A stretch of DNA of 36,870 nt from Candidatus Latescibacterota bacterium (GCA_038279365.1 JAYODI010000061.1:1-36870); one strand, 5' to 3'; positions 18,317 through 27,845 are shown, counted from the first letter of the stretch. Numbers and translations are program-made. The notes: generated by a model not told the origin, from the sequence alone.

Positions 18317-18904
18317 TTATACCAAATGATCAACCAAAGCTTGGCTGATATCGGCTAAAATACGAGGAGGAGGTTGAGATACGTCAACCACATGAATAAC
18401 GTCTTCTGAATAGTGTTGCAAGACACCCTCCGTCAGCTCGTCATAAACCTCAAATCGTTTGCGAATGGTCTTTTCATTGGCATCATCCACCCGATGTTGC
18501 ATCAAGGCTCGTCTATAAAGCCGTTGCACCAACACATCGCGATCTGGGCAATCCAGAGCCACAATTACTTGTACGTCCAAATCGTCTTTCACCATCCCAA
18601 CTTGTGCACTTGTACGAGGCAACCCATCCAAAATCAAATATTGACGGGCAGGATCAAACTCACCAAAATCGACCAATCGCTTCATCTGCTCGCGCCAAAG
18701 CACAACAGCATGCTCATCGGGCACCAACTCACCCTTGCGAATACTATCCAACGTCAACTTTCCCATTTCGCTGCTGGGGTCTAAAGCTCGAAACATATCC
18801 CCACTTGAAAAATGATACATACCTGGAATTTGTCTCAAAACATTTCCCCAAGTACCTTTGCCAGCACCTGGTGGACCAAACATTAAAATTGTTCTATATA
18901 GCAT
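18317..18904 (-). CDS. adk: Adenylate kinase (short-LID type)
   Basis: P-loop GPPGAGKGT and motifs 'SSGDMFR', 'GELVPD', 'LDGLPRT' and 'RVDD'. SD GGGAG. Confidence 0.85.
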   Translation of the reverse strand: MLYRTILMFGPPGAGKGTWGNVLRQIPGMYHFSSGDMFRALDPSSEMGKLTLDSIRKGELVPDEHAVVLWREQMKRLVDFGEFDPARQYLILDGLPRTSAQVGMVKDDLDVQVIVALDCPDRDVLVQRLYRRALMQHRVDDANEKTIRKRFEVYDELTEGVLQHYSEDVIHVVDVSQPPPRILADISQALVDHLV

Positions 18905-18925
18905 CACAACTCCCACGATTGTTTT

Positions 18926-18956
18926 TTGACAGATACAAACAAATTGAGTATATCAT
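18926..18956 (+). promoter_or_regulatory. Candidate sigma70 promoter
   Basis: TTGACA followed by TATATC (17-nt spacer) or TATCAT (19-nt spacer), upstream of the DUF1854 gene. Confidence 0.5.
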
Positions 18957-19001
18957 AGGCAACCGACACATCAGCAACAGCCGTTGTTCTAGGAGGCATT
19001 T

Positions 19002-19532
19002 ATGAATCTCGACCCCCAAACACTTCACATCACAAAAAGCGAAACAGGTTTAAAAGCAACCATTAACAACGAGGAAAAACACGTCGAACGACTCGCCAGA
19101 GCCTTCCCCCGCAGCAATCCCGATCATTACATCAGTCTCATGGATCTCGAAGGTCACGAAATTGGCATCATCGAAAACCCAGACCAACTCGATGCAACCT
19201 CTCGAGAAATTGTCGAGGCCGAGCTTAAAGCCATCTACTTCGTCCCCATTATCCACACCATCCACTCAGTAACCACCAAAGGTACTGGTGGCATTTGGGA
19301 AGTCGATACAGACGACGGCCCACGTCGTTTTCGCATCATTGGTCGCGACGCCTTGGACGGATCTGCCGCACCAAGTATCGAAATTCACGATGAAAATGGC
19401 AAGCGCTACAAAATTGAAAACTATTGGGAACTTGAAACCGATAGCCGTGAGCGCATTGCAGATCTGTTGCCCGACAAACTACTCAAAGCCCGATATGTCC
19501 GTTCGGGCATGAAGGGCGGAAAAGTGCGTTAA
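19002..19532 (+). CDS. DUF1854 domain-containing protein
   Basis: Motifs 'RAFPRSNPDHYISL.D.EGHEIG', 'YFVPII' and 'WEVDTDDGPRRF'. SD AGGAGG. Confidence 0.75.
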   Translation: MNLDPQTLHITKSETGLKATINNEEKHVERLARAFPRSNPDHYISLMDLEGHEIGIIENPDQLDATSREIVEAELKAIYFVPIIHTIHSVTTKGTGGIWEVDTDDGPRRFRIIGRDALDGSAAPSIEIHDENGKRYKIENYWELETDSRERIADLLPDKLLKARYVRSGMKGGKVR

Positions 19533-19569
19533 AAACAAAAAATTGGCGCTGACTCAAAGCCAGCGCCAA
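19533..19569 (-). terminator. Intrinsic terminator for fliM
   Basis: TTGGCGCTG stem (19543-19551 paired with 19561-19569) followed on the minus strand by TTTTTTGTTTT. Confidence 0.8.
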
Positions 19570-19593
19570 AAAAAAGGCAAACCTCACACAACC

Positions 19594-20652
19594 TTATAAA
19601 ACGTAGGTTTCTGTCTTTTGAACATCGGTCATGTAGTTGGTTTCATCTTCTTTAATAATGGGTTCGGTCAGTTGAATGGCTCTGCGCTTGCCCATCAATC
19701 CTGGGCGCCCCAAAAACTTTGGACGGTCGCCAACAAACACCACGGCATCTTGCTTAACAGATGTTTCCAATCGCAAAATGTCGCCTTCTTCTAAGTTGAG
19801 CACTTCACCCAAACTCACACGCGCACTGCCCAACATCACCTTGACGGGTGCCGAAATGCGATCCAATTGAACAAGACGTTCTTCACGCCCACTTTCCCGG
19901 CGACCACGTTCCCGGCTGGCCCACGTTTGCACGTTCAAATAGGCCATTACCGGTTCAAGTGTAAAGTATGGATAACACAAATTAACCAAACCCGACGCGT
20001 GTTGTGAGTTCACCTCAAACGCGATCAATACCACCGTATCAGAAGGTGCGGCAACTTGCATAAATTCGGGGTTCGTTTCCAATTCAGCATCCGACACCTG
20101 AATTTTCAACAAAGCTTCCCACGTGGCTTCCAAATCGGCAAGCGTCCGTGTCACCACCTTGCTCATAACGGTGCGTTCAATGCTGGTCAAGGGGCGTGCT
20201 TCTTGAGGTGGGTTACCTCCCGTGCCACCAAATTGGCGATCGATAAAAGAATAGGCAACCGGTAACGAAAAGTCGATAATGGCGGGGCCCCCCAAAGGCT
20301 CAATAGAAAACGTATAAGAGCACGACGGGTTCGACAAAGACATAATAAACTCAGCATACGTTGTCTGATCGACAAAAGCAATATCACAATCAACCACAGA
20401 GCGTTGAATGGTCGAAAATGACGACGCCATCATACGAGACAAGTTCGAATGCAAGTTTTCTAACGTGCGCTGTTGGTCTTTAGACACCCGTTGTGGATGT
20501 TTAAAGTCATAGGTAATGATTGGCTTATTGGCCGCGGCCTTCATTTCTGGGCCGCTTCCCAAAGAACCGAAATCCCCACCACCACCACCATCGTCGGTGC
20601 CGGTAGCCGTTAAAAGCGCATCAATTTCATCTTGCGAAAGAATATCTGGCAT
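19594..20652 (-). CDS. fliM: Flagellar motor switch protein FliM
   Basis: CheY-binding peptide 'ILSQDEIDALL', 'YDFKHP.RVSKDQ.RTL', 'GGTG', 'LETNPEF', 'NLCYPYFTLEP' and a C-terminal SpoA domain. Confidence 0.95.
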   Translation of the reverse strand: MPDILSQDEIDALLTATGTDDGGGGGDFGSLGSGPEMKAAANKPIITYDFKHPQRVSKDQQRTLENLHSNLSRMMASSFSTIQRSVVDCDIAFVDQTTYAEFIMSLSNPSCSYTFSIEPLGGPAIIDFSLPVAYSFIDRQFGGTGGNPPQEARPLTSIERTVMSKVVTRTLADLEATWEALLKIQVSDAELETNPEFMQVAAPSDTVVLIAFEVNSQHASGLVNLCYPYFTLEPVMAYLNVQTWASRERGRRESGREERLVQLDRISAPVKVMLGSARVSLGEVLNLEEGDILRLETSVKQDAVVFVGDRPKFLGRPGLMGKRRAIQLTEPIIKEDETNYMTDVQKTETYVL

Positions 20653-20687
20653 ACAATAACCCTCAATTGAGGTAAAGGATTAACCTA

Positions 20688-20717
20688 ATAGTAATAAGGA
20701 ACCCTATTGCCTGTCAA
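20688..20717 (-). promoter_or_regulatory. Candidate sigma70 promoter for fliM
   Basis: TTGACA-18 nt-TACTAT on the minus strand, 35 nt upstream of the ATG. Confidence 0.6.
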
Positions 20718-20809
20718 GCCTTCAGATGTTTGTAGCCCAAATAAGGCCATGGCAAAACAATCTACAAGACAAATATCGGCAAAAGATCGCCCAAACAACC
20801 GATAAATTT

Positions 20810-20825
20810 AGCAATTATTATGCCA
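20810..20825 (-). promoter_or_regulatory. Candidate sigma54 -24/-12 promoter upstream of fliM
   Basis: TGGCATAATAATTGCT (GG-N10-GC) on the minus strand, intergenic. Confidence 0.65.
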
Positions 20826-20843
20826 CGAAAATAGTCACTTGGC

Positions 20844-22013
20844 CTATCGAACACCCAAAATCAACTCGGCCAGCAATTGATCCAATCGCTCATACCCCAA
20901 CCCCGTTTGCGCCATTTTATCAATATCAAATTTGGTGCGTTTTAACGACTGCATTTTTTTGTTGCTGTATTTCCCTAAATGTTTGTCAAATTCTGGGTTT
21001 TTTTCCTGAATTTCTTTCAAAATGCCCTGAATTTCAGCATCTTCAGCAAAACGTGCAGCTTTTTCCTTAAATATGTTATAGGTGCGCATACAGCCATCGG
21101 CAAAAGCCCACACACCTTTTTCATCTTCCGTGCGAAATGCATGCGCATCAAAATGACGGGGGCCATCATACCCACAGGTTTCCAACAAACGCACCAATAA
21201 AAACGCGCTTTTATAATCTTCAGAACCAAATCGAAAATCTTGATCATATCGCCCAAAGCGCTGATCATTCAAATCAATATGGAAAAGTTTTCCTGCTTCA
21301 AAAGCTTGAGCAACACCATGATGAAAGTTCAAACCGGCCATATGTTCATGCGCCACTTCGGGGTTCACACCAACCATTTCTGGATAATCCAATGTTTCAA
21401 TAAAGGCCAAATAATGCCCAGTTGTTGGGAAATACAAATCTGCCCGTGGTTCATTAGGCTTGGCTTCCATCGCAAATTTGAGTTTATATTTTTGATCGCG
21501 TGCATACCGGCACAAATAATTCAACCCTTCCCGATACCATTTAAGCGCGTCTATCGGATCTTTGGCCACATTGCATTCGGCACCTTCACGCCCCCCCCAA
21601 AACACATAAATCTCGGCCCCCAATTCCACCCCCAAATCCATCGACTGCATCACCTTTTGCAAGCCATAGGCACGCACTTTGGGATCATTGGAGGTAAAGC
21701 CACCATCTTTAAATACTGGATGTGAAAACGTATTTGTGGTTGCCATAGGCACAACCATACCATAATCTTTGAGGGCTTTTTTAAAGTCACGTACAATCTT
21801 ATTGCGTTGTTGTCGTGTGGCATCAATGGGCACCAAATCATTATCGTGCAAATTAACACCCCAAGCACCCAATTTACTAAGTTGTTGAACAATGCGCGTT
21901 GGGGGTATGGGTTTGCGCGTTGGATCTCCAAATGGGTCTCGTCCCACGTTGCCAACCGTCCACAAACCAAACGAAAACTTATCTTCTTTTTTGGCACTAT
22001 ATGCATCAGCCAT
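20844..22013 (-). CDS. xylA: Xylose isomerase, class I (short Streptomyces/Thermus type)
   Basis: Motifs '[15 protein letters not shown]', 'HDNDL', 'VFWGGREG', 'EAKPNEPR', 'NPEVAHE', 'FHIDLN' and 'HFD'. SD GGAGGTG. Confidence 0.95.
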   Translation of the reverse strand: MADAYSAKKEDKFSFGLWTVGNVGRDPFGDPTRKPIPPTRIVQQLSKLGAWGVNLHDNDLVPIDATRQQRNKIVRDFKKALKDYGMVVPMATTNTFSHPVFKDGGFTSNDPKVRAYGLQKVMQSMDLGVELGAEIYVFWGGREGAECNVAKDPIDALKWYREGLNYLCRYARDQKYKLKFAMEAKPNEPRADLYFPTTGHYLAFIETLDYPEMVGVNPEVAHEHMAGLNFHHGVAQAFEAGKLFHIDLNDQRFGRYDQDFRFGSEDYKSAFLLVRLLETCGYDGPRHFDAHAFRTEDEKGVWAFADGCMRTYNIFKEKAARFAEDAEIQGILKEIQEKNPEFDKHLGKYSNKKMQSLKRTKFDIDKMAQTGLGYERLDQLLAELILGVR

Positions 22014-22126
22014 AAGAACCACACCTCCAAATCAAAAATGAAAAAAACGATGAGCACAACGTAAAATGATATCTTTTATCACCAAGAAATCATTCAAATT
22101 TAGGACATCACCTACAACTTGAGGGC

Positions 22127-22155
22127 AAAATATAACACAAGCCCTCTGCTGTCAA
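22127..22155 (-). promoter_or_regulatory. Candidate sigma70 promoter for xylA
   Basis: TTGACA then TGT-TATATT (extended -10, 15-nt spacer) or TATTTT (17-nt spacer). Confidence 0.5.
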
Positions 22156-22180
22156 CGAACAAATCAGGAGTAATACGATC

Positions 22181-23419
22181 ATGATTATTCGCGATCCTGT
22201 TCACGGAGACTTACACTTCACCGATACCGAACGTCGCATCATGGACACCCAAGCCATGCAACGCTTACGGGGCGTACGCCAAACGGGCTCTGCCAATTTG
22301 GTCTATCCTGGCTGTGTCCACACGCGTTTTGAACATTCACTTGGCACATCTGCCATGACCAAACGCATCGTCTTTGCTCTACGCAACAACGGAGCAACCA
22401 TTAGCCAAGAGCAAGAAACCATCATTTCTCTGGCGGCCTTGGTGCACGACATTTCCCACTTGCCATATGGCCATACATTTGAAGACGAGCGCAAACTCTT
22501 CCCGCGCCACGACAGCGCAGGGCGCATCAAACATTTCTTAGCACAAGATGAAATGGCACAAGCACTTGAAGCATCTGGCCATCATCACGCCGTTATCGAA
22601 TTGCTCACCAACAAACAATTCAATCCCGCTTGGATGCGCCAAATTGTTTCCAGCACGATAGACGCAGACTTATTAGATTATTTAAGGCGTGATGCCTATT
22701 TTGCGGGATTGAGGCAAGACTACGACGATCGCATCTTCAGTACATTCACACTGATTGATAATACCTTAGCCATCGATCTTTCACGCTTGAGTACCCGAAC
22801 AGAAATACTACACCTCTTACGCTTGCGCTATTTTCTGACCGAACGCGTTTATTATCATCATGCCAAAGTATCATCCGGTGCCATGATTGCAAAAGCCGTT
22901 GAACTGGCCGTTGACCAAGGACTCACCGAAAAAGATATTTACCCTCTCACCGATGACACCCTCATCCAACACCTTCAAACCTACTCAGACCCACGTATTG
23001 GTCGCCTGATAAAAGGCTTTACCAATCGACGCCTGCTCAAGCGCGCCTATATGATCACCACAGCGGAAGTCGGTCGCAGGGGGCGTGATGAATTTATCGC
23101 CACATACAACCGATCCGTAGAAGCAAGACAAAAGGTCGAACAGGAAATAGCCGACGCGGTCACCCTTTCATCAGACCAAATTATTCTTTATTGCCCCGAC
23201 ATCTCATCCATCAAAGAGGCCAGTGTCAACATCTATACCCCAAAGGGGTTAAGCCAACTCAATGCACCTCCAGACAATCCGCCATTTGATGTCAAAGTTG
23301 TCGAAGATCAATACGAACGCCTCTGGAAACTCTATGTCTTTGCCCCCGAAGGCTACAAAGAACGTGTGGGCAAAATATGTGAGCGTCTATTTGGCGAACC
23401 CAACGCCCTTATGGCATAG
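22181..23419 (+). CDS. HD-domain phosphohydrolase, COG1078/SAMHD1-like dNTP triphosphohydrolase family
   Basis: Motifs 'IRDPVHG', 'MQRLRGVRQ', 'HTRFEHSLG', 'HDISHLPYGHTFE', 'DADLLDYLRRD' and 'VYYHH'. Confidence 0.9.
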   Translation: MIIRDPVHGDLHFTDTERRIMDTQAMQRLRGVRQTGSANLVYPGCVHTRFEHSLGTSAMTKRIVFALRNNGATISQEQETIISLAALVHDISHLPYGHTFEDERKLFPRHDSAGRIKHFLAQDEMAQALEASGHHHAVIELLTNKQFNPAWMRQIVSSTIDADLLDYLRRDAYFAGLRQDYDDRIFSTFTLIDNTLAIDLSRLSTRTEILHLLRLRYFLTERVYYHHAKVSSGAMIAKAVELAVDQGLTEKDIYPLTDDTLIQHLQTYSDPRIGRLIKGFTNRRLLKRAYMITTAEVGRRGRDEFIATYNRSVEARQKVEQEIADAVTLSSDQIILYCPDISSIKEASVNIYTPKGLSQLNAPPDNPPFDVKVVEDQYERLWKLYVFAPEGYKERVGKICERLFGEPNALMA

Positions 23420-25772
23420 ATTTATTCAATGCATCCATACGTGCCTGAACCTGCTTTGCCAGCGCATGATTTTCTCCACTGTTTTCCAAAAAAAGACGAT
23501 AATGCTTGCGCGCCAAATCTCTATCGCCACGGCTTTCATACACCGTTGCCATTGACAGATGAACTTGATAAAACTTTGGGAATCGCTTTATAACAAGCTG
23601 ACCAAATCGAAACGCTTTATCAAACTGTCCTAACCGTCCACAAATCAAAACCAAATTATTCAAAACCTCAGGAGACCCTTCTCCCAAATCAATCAATCGT
23701 TCAAAAACTCGCCCCGCATCTGCAAAACGCTGAGCACGCAAATACCGATCACCCAAAACAGGGTAAATTTGACGCAAACGATGCTGTGCATCTCGCACAT
23801 AATCCGGTATGCCATCCCAATGTTTTAAAAACATCTCATAATCTATCCCAGCACCCTCTAAGTCACCCTGAAGCATTTTAACACCAGCCATACTAAAATA
23901 AACAATGGTCATATCTGGTGCTTGTTTCAACGCTTGGTGGTAAGATGCAAGAGATTGATCCCACAAACCCCGCTCCGCATAAATCAATCCCAAATTATGA
24001 TGCCCCTCTGCAGGTAATTGCACACCACTTTCATATAACGCCAACGCCTGATCTATTTTCCCATGGCGTTTATAAACCGCTGCCAAGTTAGAAATCAATA
24101 TGCCCGCACCATCGCCAGAAAAGGTATCTAAGCCACGTAAATAAGCTTTTTCGGCATCATCATCAAGGCCCAACGCTTCAAAGGCACGCCCTAAATTATT
24201 GTGCACAGCAGGTAAATACGGCTGATACTTTAAATAGGTTTGATAGACATTTGTAGCACCTTCATAGTCCTTCAATGCATACAACCCCACACCTTCAAGC
24301 AACAACACCCGATGATCAAACAACCCAAACGCACGTGCCTGTTGCGCCGCTTGCACTTGTTTATCAGGTCGAGATTCGGATTGAGCCAAAAGCGTACGTG
24401 AGAAATAGACATCAAATTGGAATGCTGTCCACGCCCAAATCAATCCAACAATGGCCATGCCAATCGCCCACACACCCAACCCCAAATTGCGCCAATCAGC
24501 TTTAGGTTCATCACAACCTTGTTGCCCAGCAATGCCCAATGCCAATGACAAAAAGAATACCGAAATAGGTTGCTCTCTGGGAAAACTAAAACAACTGTGT
24601 ATCAAAAGAGCCAAGGCACCCAACCCAGCACATAAAGCCACCCAATCTTGTAACTTAATACGCACCCAAACTTGCTTAAACACACACACCAACAACCACA
24701 CATAAAGCAACAGCCCCAGCAAACCAGACTCGGCCCATATCCACAAAAAATCATTGTGTGGTCGTAATGGCGACACAACAATGCCAACAACATCCCCTTT
24801 GTCATAGCGCGGGTAAAGAGCAGACCAATTGTTTAGCCCCACGCCAAACAATGGCGCATCAGCAATCATATGCAACGTATTGTACCAGACCCTTAACCGC
24901 CCTCTATCCCCACCCTCCTGTGCCACAAATTGTATCGACTGTGCAACCGAAGCTTTCTTTTCATCTAACCGTGACAGGCTCACATCCTGAAATTGAGGCG
25001 GTATCCATATCGCCACCACCAAAACAAAAACACCCAATAAACCAGCAATCTTATGTCTCAATATCTCGTTTAAAACACCTCGCCCACCCACCCACCGCCA
25101 AACAATCCCTACTCCCAAAAGACTTGCAAAACAAACACCGAACCAAGCCCCTCTTGTTCTTGTAAAAATTAAAAACGCGCCCATTAATACCACTGCCCCA
25201 AAACCCAACCAGTGATCTTTTTTTTGCTTTTGGAAAAACAAACCACCACACAAAAACAGGCTAACCGCCAAATACATACCCGCAATATTGCGAAAACCCA
25301 ATGTGGCACTTGGTCGTCCTGCCGAAGGGAACATCGCCCACGACAAGCCCAAATATTCTAAAATCCCCAAAATTGCAACCACAATACCCACAACGGCCAC
25401 CGCACGCAAAATTCTCACAAAGTGATCAACCAATAAGGCTGCTCCCAAGCCAACAATGCCACCACACATTTGCAAAATGCACATTTCAATTGCGACATCA
25501 GCATTCATACCACGCAAAGCTTGTATGCACGTAAGCAACAAAAACAAAACCCACGGCAAAAAAAATGGGGCACGTTTCCACTGGATAGATTGCCATAAAA
25601 ACAAAAAGGCAACACCCAGCCCCAACACCACACAAACCAGTACAAAAAATTTGGGCGTTGCAGCTACCCGATATCCATTGGTAAAAATAACCAATGGCAT
25701 CAACAGCACGCCCAAAATCAGTGTCCACTCACCTATCCACTTTCCCACCCGATCAAACCCGACAACCATCAA
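23409..25772 (-). CDS. O-antigen ligase (Wzy_C) family membrane protein with C-terminal TPR array (paralog B)
   Basis: About 12 TM segments; 'TRTRGAWFG' and 'RLRVW...PLFGVG..NW...PHNDFLWIWAESG' motifs; TPRs (HNNLGRAF, HHNLGLIY). Confidence 0.88.
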   Translation of the reverse strand: MMVVGFDRVGKWIGEWTLILGVLLMPLVIFTNGYRVAATPKFFVLVCVVLGLGVAFLFLWQSIQWKRAPFFLPWVLFLLLTCIQALRGMNADVAIEMCILQMCGGIVGLGAALLVDHFVRILRAVAVVGIVVAILGILEYLGLSWAMFPSAGRPSATLGFRNIAGMYLAVSLFLCGGLFFQKQKKDHWLGFGAVVLMGAFLIFTRTRGAWFGVCFASLLGVGIVWRWVGGRGVLNEILRHKIAGLLGVFVLVVAIWIPPQFQDVSLSRLDEKKASVAQSIQFVAQEGGDRGRLRVWYNTLHMIADAPLFGVGLNNWSALYPRYDKGDVVGIVVSPLRPHNDFLWIWAESGLLGLLLYVWLLVCVFKQVWVRIKLQDWVALCAGLGALALLIHSCFSFPREQPISVFFLSLALGIAGQQGCDEPKADWRNLGLGVWAIGMAIVGLIWAWTAFQFDVYFSRTLLAQSESRPDKQVQAAQQARAFGLFDHRVLLLEGVGLYALKDYEGATNVYQTYLKYQPYLPAVHNNLGRAFEALGLDDDAEKAYLRGLDTFSGDGAGILISNLAAVYKRHGKIDQALALYESGVQLPAEGHHNLGLIYAERGLWDQSLASYHQALKQAPDMTIVYFSMAGVKMLQGDLEGAGIDYEMFLKHWDGIPDYVRDAQHRLRQIYPVLGDRYLRAQRFADAGRVFERLIDLGEGSPEVLNNLVLICGRLGQFDKAFRFGQLVIKRFPKFYQVHLSMATVYESRGDRDLARKHYRLFLENSGENHALAKQVQARMDALNKSMP

Positions 25773-27163
25773 TATGCCCCTCTGCCTAAAATGACCTTCG
25801 GAATTGTTTTGAGCATAATCTTGAGGTCAACCAAAGGAGACCAATTTTCGATATAATAAAAATCAAACCGCAATGTTTCATCAAAAGACAAGTCACTGCG
25901 TCCACTGATTTGAGCCAAACCCGTAATGCCTGGCAAAACCTCAAATCGTTTGCGTTGCCAAGCCTCATATTGATCTACTTCCGACGGCAAAGGAGGCCGC
26001 GGGCCAACCAAACTCATCTCACCTTTAAACACATTAATCAGTTGTGGCAATTCATCAATACTAAATTTGCGAATAAAACGCCCTACTTTGGTGCGACGTG
26101 GATCATTTCGAATTTTAAACAAGGGCCCTTGTGCTTCGTTCAATTCGGCCAGCTCATTTTTACGCGCATCGGCATCTTGATACATAGATCGAAATTTAAA
26201 ACATCGAAACGATTTGGCTCCTTTGCCAATGCGCTCCTGTGCATAAAGAACATCTCCTTTTGACTCCAACCGAATACATATCGCCGTGAAAACCCATATC
26301 GGCATTGTTACAAGGAGCAAAATGCCACCAGCCAACAAATCTATAGACCGCTTGAGCAAGCGGCTTGAGCGCAAAAAAATGCGTTCTTCCAACGCAAAAA
26401 TTGGCACACCTGCCACCTCGCGCACCTGAATGCGACTGGTCAGCACATGAAACAGTGTCGGCACCATGCTAAAGGGCGTGTGTGCCTCTTGACACAAATT
26501 CATCAATGTCATAATACGTGAAGGATCTGTATTTTTGGCCGCCAAAATCACTTCGTCAATCGGTTGCGATTGCAAAACCTCTCGGATCACCTCGTGGTCA
26601 TCTTCCATCAACAAGTCTGTTGGCAAATATCCCAACTCTGGGTTATTTGCCAACAAATCATAAAAAGCCTGCCCAAACGAATCGACTCCCACCACAACCA
26701 CCCGTGTTAACACATGGCCGCGTCGTCTAAAACTCGCCAAAATCATATCAAATATGAGTCGCCACATTGTTAACAAAGCACACCCCGTCAACCACGACAT
26801 GGCAATCACAATACGCGAATAGGTTTCCATTGCATCGCCAGGCAAACGCCCACGCACAGCAAAACCAACAGCCGCAGCCACCACATGTGCCAATGTCACA
26901 GACTTTATGACAGCAAAAAAGTCATCAATCCCAAAAAATGGCTGTTGCAACCGATACAGCCCTGCCGAGTATAACGTCGCAAAACACACCAAGCCAATAA
27001 GAAATGAAAACCGAATATAGGATGCCAAATCTGCATCGGGGGGTTCGGGAAAAAAAGGCAGATGGAAACGCAACCAATATGCCCCAACAAAACCACCTGC
27101 AACAATGCAAATATCCATAGCAGCCAAAGAAACTTTAAAGGCCAACTTGGGATCTATGCGCAT
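25769..27163 (-). CDS. Priming polyprenyl-phosphate sugar phosphotransferase (WcaJ/WbaP family)
   Basis: Four N-terminal TMs plus a Rossmann-like domain; motifs 'KRSID', 'FKFRSM', '[22 protein letters not shown]', 'SLVGPRP' and 'PGITGLAQ'. SD GGAGG precedes ATG 27163. Confidence 0.95.
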   Translation of the reverse strand: MRIDPKLAFKVSLAAMDICIVAGGFVGAYWLRFHLPFFPEPPDADLASYIRFSFLIGLVCFATLYSAGLYRLQQPFFGIDDFFAVIKSVTLAHVVAAAVGFAVRGRLPGDAMETYSRIVIAMSWLTGCALLTMWRLIFDMILASFRRRGHVLTRVVVVGVDSFGQAFYDLLANNPELGYLPTDLLMEDDHEVIREVLQSQPIDEVILAAKNTDPSRIMTLMNLCQEAHTPFSMVPTLFHVLTSRIQVREVAGVPIFALEERIFLRSSRLLKRSIDLLAGGILLLVTMPIWVFTAICIRLESKGDVLYAQERIGKGAKSFRCFKFRSMYQDADARKNELAELNEAQGPLFKIRNDPRRTKVGRFIRKFSIDELPQLINVFKGEMSLVGPRPPLPSEVDQYEAWQRKRFEVLPGITGLAQISGRSDLSFDETLRFDFYYIENWSPLVDLKIMLKTIPKVILGRGAY

Positions 27164-27186
27164 CTTAAAATGCCTCCAAATACCAG

Positions 27187-27222
27187 AATACAAAAGCCTT
27201 TCCTCTATCCTGAAGAAAGGCT
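27187..27222 (-). terminator. Terminator/attenuator-like hairpin immediately upstream of the sugar transferase
   Basis: AGCCTTTC-N12-GAAAGGCT followed by TTTGTATT on the minus strand. Confidence 0.55.
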
Positions 27223-27308
27223 AACAGACAACTTTTAAAAACGGCGATCACAATACCTCGCCCATTCCATAACATTTGGGAGACCGCTATCCCCCAATGA
27301 CATCCATT

Positions 27309-27845
27309 TCAAGAACGCTGTCCCAAATGCTTTACAGACCCAAACAAAGGCATCTCTTTTTGTGCCTCTATTTCCAATGTTTTGTGACACGACGGACACA
27401 CGCTCGTCAAATTGTCCAGTCGATTGGCTTCAACTGGTGATTCAAACAATCGGAACGGAACCTTGTGATGCACATCCAATTGCCGGCCCAAATCTTCTTC
27501 CGAAATCCCACACATTTGGCAACAATAAGCATCCCGTTCACGCGCTTTTTGAGACTGCACTTTCCAGTTTCCACCACGATATTCGGGGCGCCCTTCTAAA
27601 ACCAAATGAAAAGGTTCATCAAACGTTTCCAAATCCCACGTAGATCGGCACGTTGCACTGCAAAATTTAGATTGTAGTTTTTTTTCTGCATACCAGCGGG
27701 GTTGTGAAAAATTTTTACCACACTGCACACAACGCACAACAACACCATCTTCTTGTCGCAGTTTTTGATCTTCACCAAAAAACAACTTCATTTGTGGTGA
27801 AACAACTTTTTGGGGGAGAGGTCGATGAGTCTTTTCGGATTTCAC
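27309..27845 (-). CDS. HNH endonuclease with N-terminal zinc finger
   Basis: CxxC...FCSxxC finger, then 'RERDAYCCQMCG', 'DVHHKVP', 'NRLDNL' and 'CPSCH'. GTG start with SD GAGGTG. Confidence 0.88.
   Translation of the reverse strand: MKSEKTHRPLPQKVVSPQMKLFFGEDQKLRQEDGVVVRCVQCGKNFSQPRWYAEKKLQSKFCSATCRSTWDLETFDEPFHLVLEGRPEYRGGNWKVQSQKARERDAYCCQMCGISEEDLGRQLDVHHKVPFRLFESPVEANRLDNLTSVCPSCHKTLEIEAQKEMPLFGSVKHLGQRS

Noticed and set aside
20774-20810. Sigma28-like -10 element GCCGATA upstream of fliM
   Set aside because: No TAAA -35 element at the required spacing of about 15 nt.
22181-27845. HD dNTPase plus HNH nuclease as a defence island
   Set aside because: They lie on opposite strands, are separated by two glycan genes, and have no other defence or mobility genes nearby.
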